64,000 nt of DNA from an uncultured delta proteobacterium (GCA_963827685.1 CAWHBU010000003.1:640001-704000), one strand, 5' to 3'. Positions 28,645 through 38,415 are shown, counted from the stretch's first letter. Program-made: numbers and translations. The notes: generated by a model from the sequence alone, not told the origin.

Positions 28645-28908
28645 TTATCTCTTTTCTTCGCCTTTACGTTCGAAGGACTGAACTTCCAAGTGTTCATCCA
28701 GCTTCACGGTGTAGACATTTCGGTCCATGACTCTGGTGGGAAGACCGAGGGCTTTGATAAATGAACTCTCTTCGTAAGCCTCAGCTTCGGCCTCCCAATC
28801 GTCGCCAACCCTTGCGGCTTTAATGACCTTCACATCTTTCACATTGAGGGTCTTTCTTAAAAATTCACTGGAAATTTTTCTGGCCTCTTCTATATTAGCC
28901 ATCTTCAC
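28645..28908 (-). CDS. gvpO: GvpO/GvpR-like gas vesicle protein
   Basis: W.AE.E..E ... Y.V.LD......F.R pattern; follows gvpG. Confidence 0.7.
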   Translation of the reverse strand: MKMANIEEARKISSEFLRKTLNVKDVKVIKAARVGDDWEAEAEAYEESSFIKALGLPTRVMDRNVYTVKLDEHLEVQSFERKGEEKR

Positions 28909-29153
28909 ACCTCCTCTTTTTCCTCTTCATTAGCGCCTCTTGCGGCATCCAAACGTGCCAAAAGCTCTTTTTCCTGCCGATTATACTCCTCTTCGTTGAT
29001 CTCATCTAATTCGAAACGGAGCCTCAAAGCCATCAGTTTTTCCCGGAGATACGTTTCGTCGGACAATTCCTGCTCGGCCATCTCATGAATTTTCTTAAAG
29101 ATACCCAGGAATCCCTTGACTGGTAGCGCTAACAGATCATCGATCAGAAACAT
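28905..29153 (-). CDS. gvpG: Gas vesicle protein GvpG
   Basis: LIDDLLALPVKG...AEQEL.D...EI.EEEY...E.ELLARL. Confidence 0.92.
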   Translation of the reverse strand: MFLIDDLLALPVKGFLGIFKKIHEMAEQELSDETYLREKLMALRLRFELDEINEEEYNRQEKELLARLDAARGANEEEKEEV

Positions 29154-29923
29154 TAATAGTCCTCTGTATTTATTTCTATATTGACAAAATTAAATGGCGG
29201 CACCGTCCCTACGTATTTGAAGTTGATCTTATCGTCGTGCTTGCTAACCATTTCGTTCACTTTCTGGTCGAAAGGAGCTTCTTGATTCTCTTCTACCAAG
29301 AAGGCAGCATTGAGAACCATCCTTTCCCCGTAGGTATTGTTAAGCTTAAATTCTATCGCTAAAGGCGTAAGGGAACTCAATATATACTCCTTGTACTTCT
29401 TCTTCTCTTGCTCTAAGGCAGCCTCAACCTGTCTGCCGATTGCCACGAGGGCAAATTCTTTAGTCTGACCTTTTGCGATCCTCTCCTTTCCCACTCTGAT
29501 CTCATCATAATTGGACAAAATCTCCTTGTAGATTGCGTCCTCCTTAAACACAGCCTTCAGTCCAAGCTCTTTTTTCCCTTCCATTTTCCTCAATAAATCG
29601 ATGAACCGATCATGCTCTTTTTCTAATATCTTCCTCACTTTATCTTCATTTTCAGCGATCGTAGCAAATCTTACAGGCAGAACGGTATAAGACTTCATCA
29701 CGACTTCCACGGCCTGTTCGTGGGGGATGAGATTCTCTCTTGCCACAGAATATTTCTTGATCGGTGCGTCGCTGACCACGGCTGCGATAGCGTCGAAACA
29801 GATCGCATACAGTTCATCTCCCCTGCCACCTATTCCCAAGGGGCCAAATCTCTCCTCTTTTCCTTTTGTTTCTATGATGCAGTAAATGTATTTCCCTTCC
29901 ATGGCCATCGTCATTTTTCCCAT
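29153..29923 (-). CDS. gvpF: GvpF/GvpL family protein
   Basis: YIYCII; HE..VE.VM..YTVLPVRF.T; ELGLK; LNAAFLV; PPFNFVNI. Confidence 0.9.
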   Translation of the reverse strand: MGKMTMAMEGKYIYCIIETKGKEERFGPLGIGGRGDELYAICFDAIAAVVSDAPIKKYSVARENLIPHEQAVEVVMKSYTVLPVRFATIAENEDKVRKILEKEHDRFIDLLRKMEGKKELGLKAVFKEDAIYKEILSNYDEIRVGKERIAKGQTKEFALVAIGRQVEAALEQEKKKYKEYILSSLTPLAIEFKLNNTYGERMVLNAAFLVEENQEAPFDQKVNEMVSKHDDKINFKYVGTVPPFNFVNIEINTEDY

Positions 29924-30753
29924 TCTTCAGGATAAATCGTTAGATTGACGAAGTTGTAAGGGGGTAAGGGGCCTGCATACACAAATCTAATTCTCTCTTT
30001 GCCTCCTTCGTTAAGATCCTCCATGATATTGTCAAACTCCTTCTCTCTCCCCTTATCCACCAAAAAAGCTGCATTGATAAACATTTCATCGCCAATAGTT
30101 TTATTGAGTTTATAATCAAGGGCTGTCCTTCGTAATGCATCTACAATTTTTTCTGCCTCTTTCTCTTTTTTCTTTGCTAATGCCTGCTCAACCATCTTAC
30201 CGATTTCCGTCTTAGCCTGGAGTCCGTTAGAAAATCCCTCCGGTCCCCCTTTAAAATGCCCCCCGGCCCCCCTTTTATAAAGGGGGGTGGGGGGGCATTC
30301 GGGGGGATTATTCTGAATTTTCTCTTTTGCCTTCTTAATCTCTTTACTTTCTTTTACAATCTCCTTAAAAATGATATCCATATTTTTCCATAACCCTTTT
30401 ACCCCAAGTTCTATTTTATGGTCCATATCTCTTAGAAGATTCTTAAACTCCCTGTACCTTCTATCTAAAAGGTTTCTTATTTCATCGGCACTTGAGGCAA
30501 TGGTGCAAAATCTAACTGGAAGGACTGTAAATTCCTTCATGACCTCCTCGATCACCATTTCATGCGCGAGCATATTTCCCTGGCTGACCACATATTTTGC
30601 CATCGGAGAATTGCTGATGACCATGCTCAGGTCCTTGTGGCTGAGAGTGGTTACCTCGTCACCCCTTCCACCGATGCCTATGGGTCCGAAATTCCTCTCA
30701 GCCTTTGTTTCGATAATGCAATAGATGTATTTACCTTCTTCCATTAAACCCAT
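29911..30753 (-). CDS. gvpF: GvpF/GvpL family protein with a palindrome-derived internal insert
   Basis: YIYCII; VLPVRF; GPLPPYNFVNL; foreign segment NPPECPPTPLYKRGAGGHFKGGPEGF. Confidence 0.9.
   Translation of the reverse strand: MGLMEEGKYIYCIIETKAERNFGPIGIGGRGDEVTTLSHKDLSMVISNSPMAKYVVSQGNMLAHEMVIEEVMKEFTVLPVRFCTIASSADEIRNLLDRRYREFKNLLRDMDHKIELGVKGLWKNMDIIFKEIVKESKEIKKAKEKIQNNPPECPPTPLYKRGAGGHFKGGPEGFSNGLQAKTEIGKMVEQALAKKKEKEAEKIVDALRRTALDYKLNKTIGDEMFINAAFLVDKGREKEFDNIMEDLNEGGKERIRFVYAGPLPPYNFVNLTIYPEEWEK
30232..30309. repeat. Nested AATCCC..GGGATT / CCCCCTTT..AAAGGGGG palindrome inside gvpF
   Basis: Similar to the intergenic palindrome at 41923-42000. Confidence 0.75.
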
Positions 30754-30786
30754 TCCTCATACCCCACTCACCATAAACGCCAACCA

Positions 30787-31437
30787 TCACCTTCCCTCTA
30801 ATTCCCCACTGTATTCTTTTGCCTTATTAAAAACCTGTTGAATATAAACTTGATTTGAGTCAATATCTTTATTTCCGCTTACATAAATGCTCAATACTCT
30901 ATTCCAATCCTTTTCTTTTTTTATTAAATCTCCGAGATAAGCCATTCCTGTCCTTATATTTAATGTTGGGATATAGCTATTTCCTATCTCCTCTTTCAAT
31001 TTAGGATCGTCCATATATTGATTCCATGTTCCTGGCATCAACTGCATCAATCCTCTCGCACCTTTCTCACTTACAGCACTATTTCGATATGAAGATTCTT
31101 GATTGATAATGGCCAGAACCATCGATATGGGTATTTCTCGATGTTTTGATTCCTCGAAAACTACATCTGCAATTTCTAACGCATGGCCAACACTCATCGG
31201 CTTCGTCCTCAATATCTCTAATAGTTTAACTTTTGCTCTTATTTCAATAACATGGCCTTTAACTACCTCATAACTATGCTTGGCTAAATCCTTTTCTATT
31301 TTTAGAATCACTTCCTCACACATTAAAAATAGAGATAATAAAAACGTAAAACATATTCCTAACGTATGAATTTTAAAAGACCTCTTTTTTATTTTTCGAA
31401 TCGCTTCCTCATGGTCATCCTTTAATATTACCGTCAT
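30787..31437 (-). CDS. Lytic transglycosylase (SLT domain) with N-terminal TM anchor
   Basis: LAIINQESSY...AVS.KGARGLMQLMP.T; NI..G..YL. Confidence 0.88.
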   Translation of the reverse strand: MTVILKDDHEEAIRKIKKRSFKIHTLGICFTFLLSLFLMCEEVILKIEKDLAKHSYEVVKGHVIEIRAKVKLLEILRTKPMSVGHALEIADVVFEESKHREIPISMVLAIINQESSYRNSAVSEKGARGLMQLMPGTWNQYMDDPKLKEEIGNSYIPTLNIRTGMAYLGDLIKKEKDWNRVLSIYVSGNKDIDSNQVYIQQVFNKAKEYSGELEGR

Positions 31438-31648
31438 GGTAGTTCTCCTCCTTTTGTTTTAATCCATAAGGTCCATGAAGATGACTTATATTAATCTCCC
31501 AATAAGATTTTTCAATAAAATCAAAAGCCTTCTTCATTTCCGCATGGTTTGACCTAACAATATTCGGCCCAATAACTATGATCATTCCATCGAACGATTC
31601 AAGAATTGTGCACTTTGGTTTTTGGCTCGATAATCTGGAATCTTTCAT
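31415..31648 (-). CDS. Hypothetical 77-aa protein in the AT-rich insert
   Basis: GGAG SD; overlaps neighbours on both sides. Confidence 0.5.
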   Translation of the reverse strand: MKDSRLSSQKPKCTILESFDGMIIVIGPNIVRSNHAEMKKAFDFIEKSYWEINISHLHGPYGLKQKEENYHDGNIKG

Positions 31649-31832
31649 TATCTATCTCCTTCAATTTTTGTATTAATTCAATAATACGCCTTTTTTGTTG
31701 ACACATTATATTATCTTGCCTTTCTAAAACTCCTTGATAATATTCAATCTCACACGTCAATTCATACGAAGCGTATATTGCCAAAGAAAAAAATAGAAGA
31801 ATAAAAATGAGAAGATATTTTAAGAGCCTCAT
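31599..31832 (-). CDS. Small TM plus coiled-coil protein in the AT-rich insert
   Basis: Hydrophobic N-terminus followed by a heptad-like segment. Confidence 0.55.
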   Translation of the reverse strand: MRLLKYLLIFILLFFSLAIYASYELTCEIEYYQGVLERQDNIMCQQKRRIIELIQKLKEIDNERFQIIEPKTKVHNS

Positions 31833-31883
31833 CTATCTACCACGACGATATGATTTTCCGCCCCCTTCTTCATCCTCTTTCCT

Positions 31884-32912
31884 TCAATCATTTGAACCAT
31901 TCGTTCTGACCTCCATCAAGAGGATGCGGTCTTCTCTGGGAAAGGAACGATGCTGGTTATAATACTTCCTAAGGAACTTATAGGCCTCGGCCAATTTTTC
32001 AAATTCCGAAGGAGAATTTAAAAGGTCTCCCATCTTATCAGGATGAATAGACTGTGCCTTTCGATAATAGGCGTTCCTGACATCCGTTGATGACGCATTC
32101 TCATTCAAACCGAGAAGGGCAAGGGCCTCACGAATCTCGCCGGCGCTGACCCACTCCGTTTCGATGCAACCAAAACTATACAGAGGAAGAGGCCCGATGA
32201 CTTTAAAACAGAGCTTTCCGAGAAAGGTTTGATCCAGACATTGAATCCTGTGATCGAATTCACTTTCCATTTCCTTTCTCAAGAGAAATGCTGTGTTGAG
32301 GACCATGATGTCGTCCATGACATCATGGTCACATTGAGATTCAGTGCAACCTTTTAATTGAGAAAGGATTTTATCTTTGGAAAGAACCTTCCTTTTAATA
32401 AGGTATTGGTGGACCAACTTTCCCAACTTGATCTTTTCCAAGAGAGCGTCCTCTTCGGATTTTCTTTCGATTATTTCCTGAAGGAACCGAATCTCTGATT
32501 CTTCCTCGTAGAGGGCCTTGAATACCTTTTCTCTATCCCACGATGCTACTAACTCAAACTCTACCCTTTCTCGAACCCATGGGAGGAGGGATTTGAAAAG
32601 GTTGTAACCTTGGGTCAGTATCTGCTCTACTTCTTTCTCGCTGTGGGCCAATGAACCGAATTTGAATGAAATGATGGGATATGAACCCATCACACTCTCC
32701 ACTACCTTCTGGTGATCTAATAAATATCGTATGACAACATCCTTAGTCATTGTCTTATAGTCTGTAAAAGGGGTGTTGCTGACAATCGCAGATAATTCTT
32801 TATAAGTTACCAAATAGGCCTCATTATCTTGGTTCCCAACCCTGATGGGACCGATATTCAAATTTCCGGACGCGCCTATCACACCATATAAATGTTTCCA
32901 TCCATCTTTCAT
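31884..32912 (-). CDS. GvpF/GvpL domain fused to a C-terminal DnaJ (J) domain
   Basis: HQKVVE..FKFG..LNTAFLL..GPLPLYSF followed by LLGL...AS..DVR.AY...A..IHPDK...F..L.EAY. Confidence 0.88.
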   Translation of the reverse strand: MKDGWKHLYGVIGASGNLNIGPIRVGNQDNEAYLVTYKELSAIVSNTPFTDYKTMTKDVVIRYLLDHQKVVESVMGSYPIISFKFGSLAHSEKEVEQILTQGYNLFKSLLPWVRERVEFELVASWDREKVFKALYEEESEIRFLQEIIERKSEEDALLEKIKLGKLVHQYLIKRKVLSKDKILSQLKGCTESQCDHDVMDDIMVLNTAFLLRKEMESEFDHRIQCLDQTFLGKLCFKVIGPLPLYSFGCIETEWVSAGEIREALALLGLNENASSTDVRNAYYRKAQSIHPDKMGDLLNSPSEFEKLAEAYKFLRKYYNQHRSFPREDRILLMEVRTNGSND

Positions 32913-33301
32913 CGTTTCCCCTTTTTCACCGGTTTACACACCCTTCCCAAAGCCTCTTTCACAAGAGATTTGAGATTGAAAAGGTCAAAGGGCTTGGTGA
33001 GGTAATCATACGCTCCTAACTGCATAGCCTTTCTTGCCGTTTCAAGGGTTCCATAGGCCGTGAGCATAATCACAACGATTTCTTTCTTCATCTTCTTAGT
33101 TCTTTTAAGCACCTCTAACCCATTCATCCTCGGCATTTTTATATCCAATAGAATCAGGTCAGGTTTCTCTTCTTTTACTAAGTGGAGTGCTCTTTTCCCA
33201 TCGAATGCAATGAGCACCCGATAGTGATTCTGAGATAAACTATCAGAGAGGATTTTACATAATTCTTTTTCATCATCTACAATGAGAATCGTTTTTTTCA
33301 T
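32909..33301 (-). CDS. Stand-alone response regulator receiver
   Basis: ILIVDDE, LILLDIKMP, LTAYG, KPF. Confidence 0.9.
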   Translation of the reverse strand: MKKTILIVDDEKELCKILSDSLSQNHYRVLIAFDGKRALHLVKEEKPDLILLDIKMPRMNGLEVLKRTKKMKKEIVVIMLTAYGTLETARKAMQLGAYDYLTKPFDLFNLKSLVKEALGRVCKPVKKGKR

Positions 33302-33786
33302 TTCCTTTTACCCTTTTCTCTGCGAAAACTAATCTCAAAAATACCATTCCTATAATTCGTTTGAATATCGTCCTCCTCCACTACAAAAGGTAAAAGCATC
33401 TCTTTCATATATTTCTTTGAACCGAATTTATCCTGAGAACGAATAGAAAAAATATCATTGCTTATTTCCCAATGAATATCCTCTTTTTTCAAATCGGGTA
33501 ACTCAGCCATGATGACCAGGTTGTCCGTTTTCTCAAACACATTCGTTTTAGGATCCTTAACCCTTTCTACAAACAAGGTCTTCCCATTCGATTTCTGATA
33601 TCGGGTAAACTTTGGTTTTGTTGAAAATGACCATACCCTTGGAGCGCTGATGCTCCCTCCACCTTTTTTGAAATATCTCTTTTTTGAGTCTCGTCCGAGC
33701 CTTTTGGGAGCCTCTCTGTTTTCTGGTATTCTTGCCCGGTATAGCGACGTAGTAATATCATGAATTCCCTTAACTTTCTTTTTCAT
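33298..33786 (-). CDS. Hsp20/alpha-crystallin domain protein (GvpH-like) with a basic N-terminus
   Basis: P.T.VFE....L.I.AELP....EDI ... YRNGIFEI. Confidence 0.75.
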   Translation of the reverse strand: MKKKVKGIHDITTSLYRARIPENREAPKRLGRDSKKRYFKKGGGSISAPRVWSFSTKPKFTRYQKSNGKTLFVERVKDPKTNVFEKTDNLVIMAELPDLKKEDIHWEISNDIFSIRSQDKFGSKKYMKEMLLPFVVEEDDIQTNYRNGIFEISFRREKGKRK

Positions 33787-34390
33787 CCGGAAACAAGCCT
33801 TCTTTGAAAGGAAGCCTATATATGACGTATTCTATTTCGATATCTTTAGGTAATTTTTCATTCACCCTGTGAGTAATTCCTATGAAAAGTAGCCCCGTCT
33901 CACCTTCCCGTAAAGTTTTGTCAATTCGCTGGGCAATATATGAATCCCTCTTCTGCAGTATGCTTTTTGCTAACCGTTGATACTTCCTTTTCACTTCTGG
34001 CTTGTCCAAATCAGCCGAAGCATTCTTTAAATAGGTATATTCTTCCAAAAGCAGTTTCGGAGCCTCTGTCCCTTCTAATTTTGCACCTAACTGGATAAGC
34101 TCCATAAGGATTTGGTGGTTTCTGCTGCCCATCTTGACCAATTCTTGGACTAAGTCCATCTCCTTTCCGCATACAGGCAATCCATCTTGATACAACCGCG
34201 TATTTTGGTAATCCAAATCTAATTCAAAGACCTTTTTACGAATCCCTTGCCAGAAATCTTCTATGATTCTGTTATGTTCTTCCCATTTTTGAGTGCCAAA
34301 CCTTCTGATATATTCAGCTTTTAATGTTCCATAAAGCGACCCCATATCAACTCCTGTATGGATGATAGGGATGTATTTCAGTCTTCTCAT
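33770..34390 (-). CDS. Hypothetical protein in the gas-vesicle operon
   Basis: Translationally coupled; motifs PIIH..DMGS, YQDGLP, GS.NH, RD.YIA.RI, LLFIG..H. Confidence 0.75.
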   Translation of the reverse strand: MRRLKYIPIIHTGVDMGSLYGTLKAEYIRRFGTQKWEEHNRIIEDFWQGIRKKVFELDLDYQNTRLYQDGLPVCGKEMDLVQELVKMGSRNHQILMELIQLGAKLEGTEAPKLLLEEYTYLKNASADLDKPEVKRKYQRLAKSILQKRDSYIAQRIDKTLREGETGLLFIGITHRVNEKLPKDIEIEYVIYRLPFKEGLFPDEKES

Positions 34391-34391
34391 C

Positions 34392-36524
34392 TCAGGGCCT
34401 TTCGGAGTGAATAGATCTCAAGGCCGCTTCAAAGTCATCATAGGTTATGAACAACTCTTTTGATTTATCTCCGGCGATAAACCGGCGAATCGCATTCATC
34501 GAGGCCTTTCGGCATAGTGACTGGATGTCAGAGCCTACCAATCCATCGCTCCGGCCGGCCAGTGTTTTTAAGTCAACCCCTTTATCAAGGGGTTTGTCCT
34601 TCGTATGAATTTTAAAAATTGAAAGCCTCGTCTTTTCATCAGGAATGGGAAGCTCGAACAAGAGGTCAAATCGGCCGCTTCTGAGAAGTGCCGGATCGAC
34701 AATATCCAATCGGTTCGTAGCTGCCAGAACAACGACTCCTCTTAATTCCTCTATGCCATCCATCTCGGTTAGAAATTGGCTGATCACCCTTTCCGTTACA
34801 TGGGAGTCCGTGCTGCTTGTCCCTCTTTTAGGAACCAGGCTATCGATCTCGTCGAAAAAGAGTATGGTAGGAGATGCCTGCTTTGCCTTTTTAAAGACCT
34901 CTCTGACACCTCGTTCGCTCTCTCCAACGTACTTCGATATCAGGCTCGGCCCTTTGACGGAGATGAAATTGACGCCACTCTCATTGGCAACGGCCTTTGC
35001 AAGTAGCGTCTTGCCAGTACCCGGCACCCCGCAAAGGAGAATTCCTTTGGGCGGATTGGTATTTGCCTTTTTGAAAACCTCGGGGTATTTAAGGGGCCAT
35101 TCGATGGCTTCTTTGAGCTGTTCTTTCATATCATCAAGGCCGCCTATATCCTCCCATTTCACGTCAGGGATTTCGACAAAGAATTCTCTTATGGCAGAAG
35201 GTTCTACCTCTGTCATCGCCTCTAAAAAATTATCCATCGTAACTTGAAGCTCCATGAGCGTCTCATAAGGAATATCCGCCAGCTCAAAATCTATCTTGGG
35301 TAGGATCTTTCTTAAAGCCGACATGGCTGCCTCTCTGGCTAATGCCTCGATGTCTGCCCCAACAAATCCATGGGTAATATCGGCTAACTTTTCAAGAGTT
35401 ACATCTTCTGATAGAGGCATTCCCCTTGTATGGATCTGAAGTACTTCAAGCCTTCCATTCCGGTCCGGGATCGGAATCGATATCTCTCGGTCAAACCGTC
35501 CGGGGCGCCTCAAGGCAGGATCTATTGTATTGGGGATATTCGTCGCTGCGATGACAATAATTTCACCCCTTGATTCCAGCCCATCCATCAGGGCCAGGAG
35601 CTGGGCCACCACCCTTCGCTCCACCTGCTTTTCTCCCCCCATCTCCTCCCTTTTTGGCGCAATCGCATCGATCTCATCGATAAAGATAATGGCCGGGGCA
35701 TGTTTTTGGGCGTCCTCGAAGACCGCTCTCAAACGGGCCTCGCTCTCTCCGTAGAATTTTCCCATGATCTCGGGACCGCTGATATGGGTGAAATAGGCTT
35801 CCGTTTCGTTGGCAACGGCACGGGCGATCAGAGTCTTTCCGCAACCCGGAGGACCATATAAAAATACCCCCTTCGGGGCATCGATCCCTAACCTCTTAAA
35901 CACCTCCGGATATTTGAGAGGCAACTCGATCATCTCTCTGATCCGCTGTATCTGGGTTTGGAGTCCGCCGATATCTTCATAAGAGACCCGCGCCTCTTTG
36001 GTCTCTTTTGTTCCTTTGATCTCCATTCGGATCAGGGTGGTCGGTTCGATGACGACAATGCCGTCAGGGCTTGTATCCAGTACCTTGAAATCGCAAGATC
36101 TGGCCCCAAAAAGGGTAGCCCTCACCTTGTCTCCAACTGTAAGGGGAAGGCCTTCCATTAACGAACCGATGTACTTAACATCTTTCTCCTTCTGAAATGA
36201 GCCGACCGAAGTGATCGGGGATAGAGTGATCCTGGTTGCAGGCCTGTGCGAAGTTTTCTGAGTGGTTATCTTTTCATCTAACCCCACTTGGGCATTTTCT
36301 CTCAAGATCCCGTCTATTTGGACAATTCCTTTTCCTCGCTCTTCCAGAAATAGAGGCATCGCCTTGGCAGGAGTCCTTCTCTTTCCTTCGATCAACACCA
36401 CTTCGCCCACATCAATGCCAATGCTTTTCATATCTTTAGGGTCTATTCTGGCAATTGCCCTTCCTGCATCTTTAGGTAAGGCTTCCTTTACTTTTAGTGT
36501 TAGGGTTGTGTTGTCTTTTTTCAT
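34392..36524 (-). CDS. CDC48/p97/VAT-family double AAA+ ATPase
   Basis: N domain; Walker A GPPGCGKT and GVPGTGKT; IFIDEID and FFDEID; [11 protein letters not shown]. Confidence 0.95.
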   Translation of the reverse strand: MKKDNTTLTLKVKEALPKDAGRAIARIDPKDMKSIGIDVGEVVLIEGKRRTPAKAMPLFLEERGKGIVQIDGILRENAQVGLDEKITTQKTSHRPATRITLSPITSVGSFQKEKDVKYIGSLMEGLPLTVGDKVRATLFGARSCDFKVLDTSPDGIVVIEPTTLIRMEIKGTKETKEARVSYEDIGGLQTQIQRIREMIELPLKYPEVFKRLGIDAPKGVFLYGPPGCGKTLIARAVANETEAYFTHISGPEIMGKFYGESEARLRAVFEDAQKHAPAIIFIDEIDAIAPKREEMGGEKQVERRVVAQLLALMDGLESRGEIIVIAATNIPNTIDPALRRPGRFDREISIPIPDRNGRLEVLQIHTRGMPLSEDVTLEKLADITHGFVGADIEALAREAAMSALRKILPKIDFELADIPYETLMELQVTMDNFLEAMTEVEPSAIREFFVEIPDVKWEDIGGLDDMKEQLKEAIEWPLKYPEVFKKANTNPPKGILLCGVPGTGKTLLAKAVANESGVNFISVKGPSLISKYVGESERGVREVFKKAKQASPTILFFDEIDSLVPKRGTSSTDSHVTERVISQFLTEMDGIEELRGVVVLAATNRLDIVDPALLRSGRFDLLFELPIPDEKTRLSIFKIHTKDKPLDKGVDLKTLAGRSDGLVGSDIQSLCRKASMNAIRRFIAGDKSKELFITYDDFEAALRSIHSERP

Positions 36525-36565
36525 TGAAAATGCCCTTAGGCTTTACCCGCACCCTTGTTCATAAC

Positions 36566-37510
36566 TCATGCCGCAAAGACCATACTCCCGATATTTTTCA
36601 AGGCATCTATCCCTTTTATCTCATGGGGCTGGAGGAAAAGAATCGTTATTTTCAAATCGCTAAATTTTTCTCTTATCTGTCCTATATATTTATCCTGCTC
36701 TTCTCTCCTTACCTGACAAAAATGGCAGTCAGCCTGCTCCGGGATAACATTATTGATTACCATCTGTTTTACCTTCATCCCATATTGATCCAAACTTTTT
36801 ATCATCCTTTCCGTCTCTTTAATCGCCATATCCTCTGGTATGGTCACGATAATGAATTCACACCTGCTTTGACCCCTGAGAAGACCTTCAATCTTTTTAA
36901 CTGTCTTTTTCATACTCATAAGGAAATCATCGGCACTATCAGGCTTATATTTCCCGGCAAAGCTTGTGACCATATATCTGTATTTCCATCTCATCTTTGC
37001 CATCACCTTTATCCAGTCATCTAAAAGCTCCGGGAAGGTCAAAAGCCTTAGGGCATGGCCTGTTGGTGCTGTATCGACTATGTATTTATCAAATTTCCCC
37101 TCTTCAATTAAGTCCACAATCGTCTTAAATCCCATGACCTCGTCTATCCCCGGAATAGGCAGAGCAAGTATGGAATCTATATCCTCTCCGTCTAAATAAG
37201 TACTCGTATCAAGAAGTCTTCTTAACTCATCCTCATATTCTATTTTGAAATTCGATAATGCCTTCTCCGCGCTTATCTCCACAGCACTTAATTTATCCAC
37301 ACCTTCTATCTGCTTTATCTCGTCTCCTATCTCCTTCCCTAGACTGTCTGAAAGAGAATGGGCTGGGTCAGTAGAGATAAGGAGGGTATTTTTATTGTTA
37401 TTTGCTAAATACAGTCCAGCACTTGAGGCACAGGTAGTCTTTCCCACACCTCCTTTTCCGCCGAATAAAATCAGTTTTAATGACGACTCTAAAAGTCCAG
37501 TTAATGCCAT
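36566..37510 (-). CDS. ArsA/Get3(TRC40)-like single-domain ATPase
   Basis: GGKGGVGKTT, STDPAHSL, PGIDE, DTAPTGH, C-terminal CxxC (CHFC). Confidence 0.92.
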   Translation of the reverse strand: MALTGLLESSLKLILFGGKGGVGKTTCASSAGLYLANNNKNTLLISTDPAHSLSDSLGKEIGDEIKQIEGVDKLSAVEISAEKALSNFKIEYEDELRRLLDTSTYLDGEDIDSILALPIPGIDEVMGFKTIVDLIEEGKFDKYIVDTAPTGHALRLLTFPELLDDWIKVMAKMRWKYRYMVTSFAGKYKPDSADDFLMSMKKTVKKIEGLLRGQSRCEFIIVTIPEDMAIKETERMIKSLDQYGMKVKQMVINNVIPEQADCHFCQVRREEQDKYIGQIREKFSDLKITILFLQPHEIKGIDALKNIGSMVFAA

Positions 37511-38044
37511 TCATTTTTTGATTCTAACTTCTAACACGCCATTCTTGTAAGTATAAGAAAGGGCTTCCTTCTTGACCTGTATGGGAAGTAGAACCTCTTT
37601 GTGATATTTCCTTTCACCGCTTCGGGCTGAAATATCCAGGATATCCCCTTTCAGATCGAACTTTATATCCTCTTCATTGACTCCTGGCATCTCAGCGTAG
37701 ATTCGAACCTCTTCCTTTTCGTCAAAGACATCTGTCATCGGTTCTCTCTCTTCCTCGACGGTAGGTCCTTTAGGGGTCTTCTTAATGTTACCAAAAGGTT
37801 CCACGATTGGCTTTCCACCTACTGCCGTCTTTATAGAGAAACCAAAAACTCCCTTCATACCTTCTTTAAGATGACCTAGGTCAATCTCACCTTCTTTCTT
37901 GATTTCGCCACCAGCGTCTTTCAAATCTGCGGCAAGATCTACTAACTTCTCAATGCCTTTAAATAAACCTCCCAGGCTTAACTTGCCTATCCCAAAATCA
38001 ATGTCCAAATCTTCATCTTCCTTTTTGCCCTTTTTCTTCACCAT
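37511..38044 (-). CDS. Hsp20 family protein (GvpH-like)
   Basis: GVFGFSIK...FGN...EREP.TDVFDE...AEMPGV...YKNGVLEV. Confidence 0.88.
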   Translation of the reverse strand: MVKKKGKKEDEDLDIDFGIGKLSLGGLFKGIEKLVDLAADLKDAGGEIKKEGEIDLGHLKEGMKGVFGFSIKTAVGGKPIVEPFGNIKKTPKGPTVEEEREPMTDVFDEKEEVRIYAEMPGVNEEDIKFDLKGDILDISARSGERKYHKEVLLPIQVKKEALSYTYKNGVLEVRIKK

Positions 38045-38071
38045 TGGCCCCTCCATTCTTCCTATGAATCA

Positions 38072-38377
38072 TTAATAATGTATCTCCATTTTTTTTAAAC
38101 TTCTTACAGAAACGTCCCTGTTAGTTTTTATCTTCTTTCCCTCATGACTCTCTTTTTGGAGGCTTTCGATATGTTTTGCAATGCCATTCAATTCTCTATC
38201 CGCAGCCGTCCTTCTTTTCTCCAACGCGAAGATTTCCTTCTCTAACCTATCCTTCTCCCTATTGAGTACATATAAGTCTAAATAGCCTGATCTTTGAACC
38301 TTCGGAATAGACCGGGCGCCTACAGAATGAATACTTTTTATATCTCTAAGGCTTAATATTTGTTGTATTCCTCTCAT
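38072..38377 (-). CDS. Small coiled-coil gas-vesicle protein (GvpV-like by position after gvpN)
   Basis: YLDLYVL.REKDRLEKE coiled coil; strong SD. Confidence 0.65.
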   Translation of the reverse strand: MRGIQQILSLRDIKSIHSVGARSIPKVQRSGYLDLYVLNREKDRLEKEIFALEKRRTAADRELNGIAKHIESLQKESHEGKKIKTNRDVSVRSLKKMEIHY

Positions 38378-38415
38378 TTAACATGCCTCCCCATCCCCAA
38401 AAAATAATGAAACGA

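Noticed and set aside
36566-37510. Arsenic resistance operon
   Set aside because: The ATPase is single-domain with no arsB/acr3/arsC/arsD/arsR nearby and is embedded in gvp genes.
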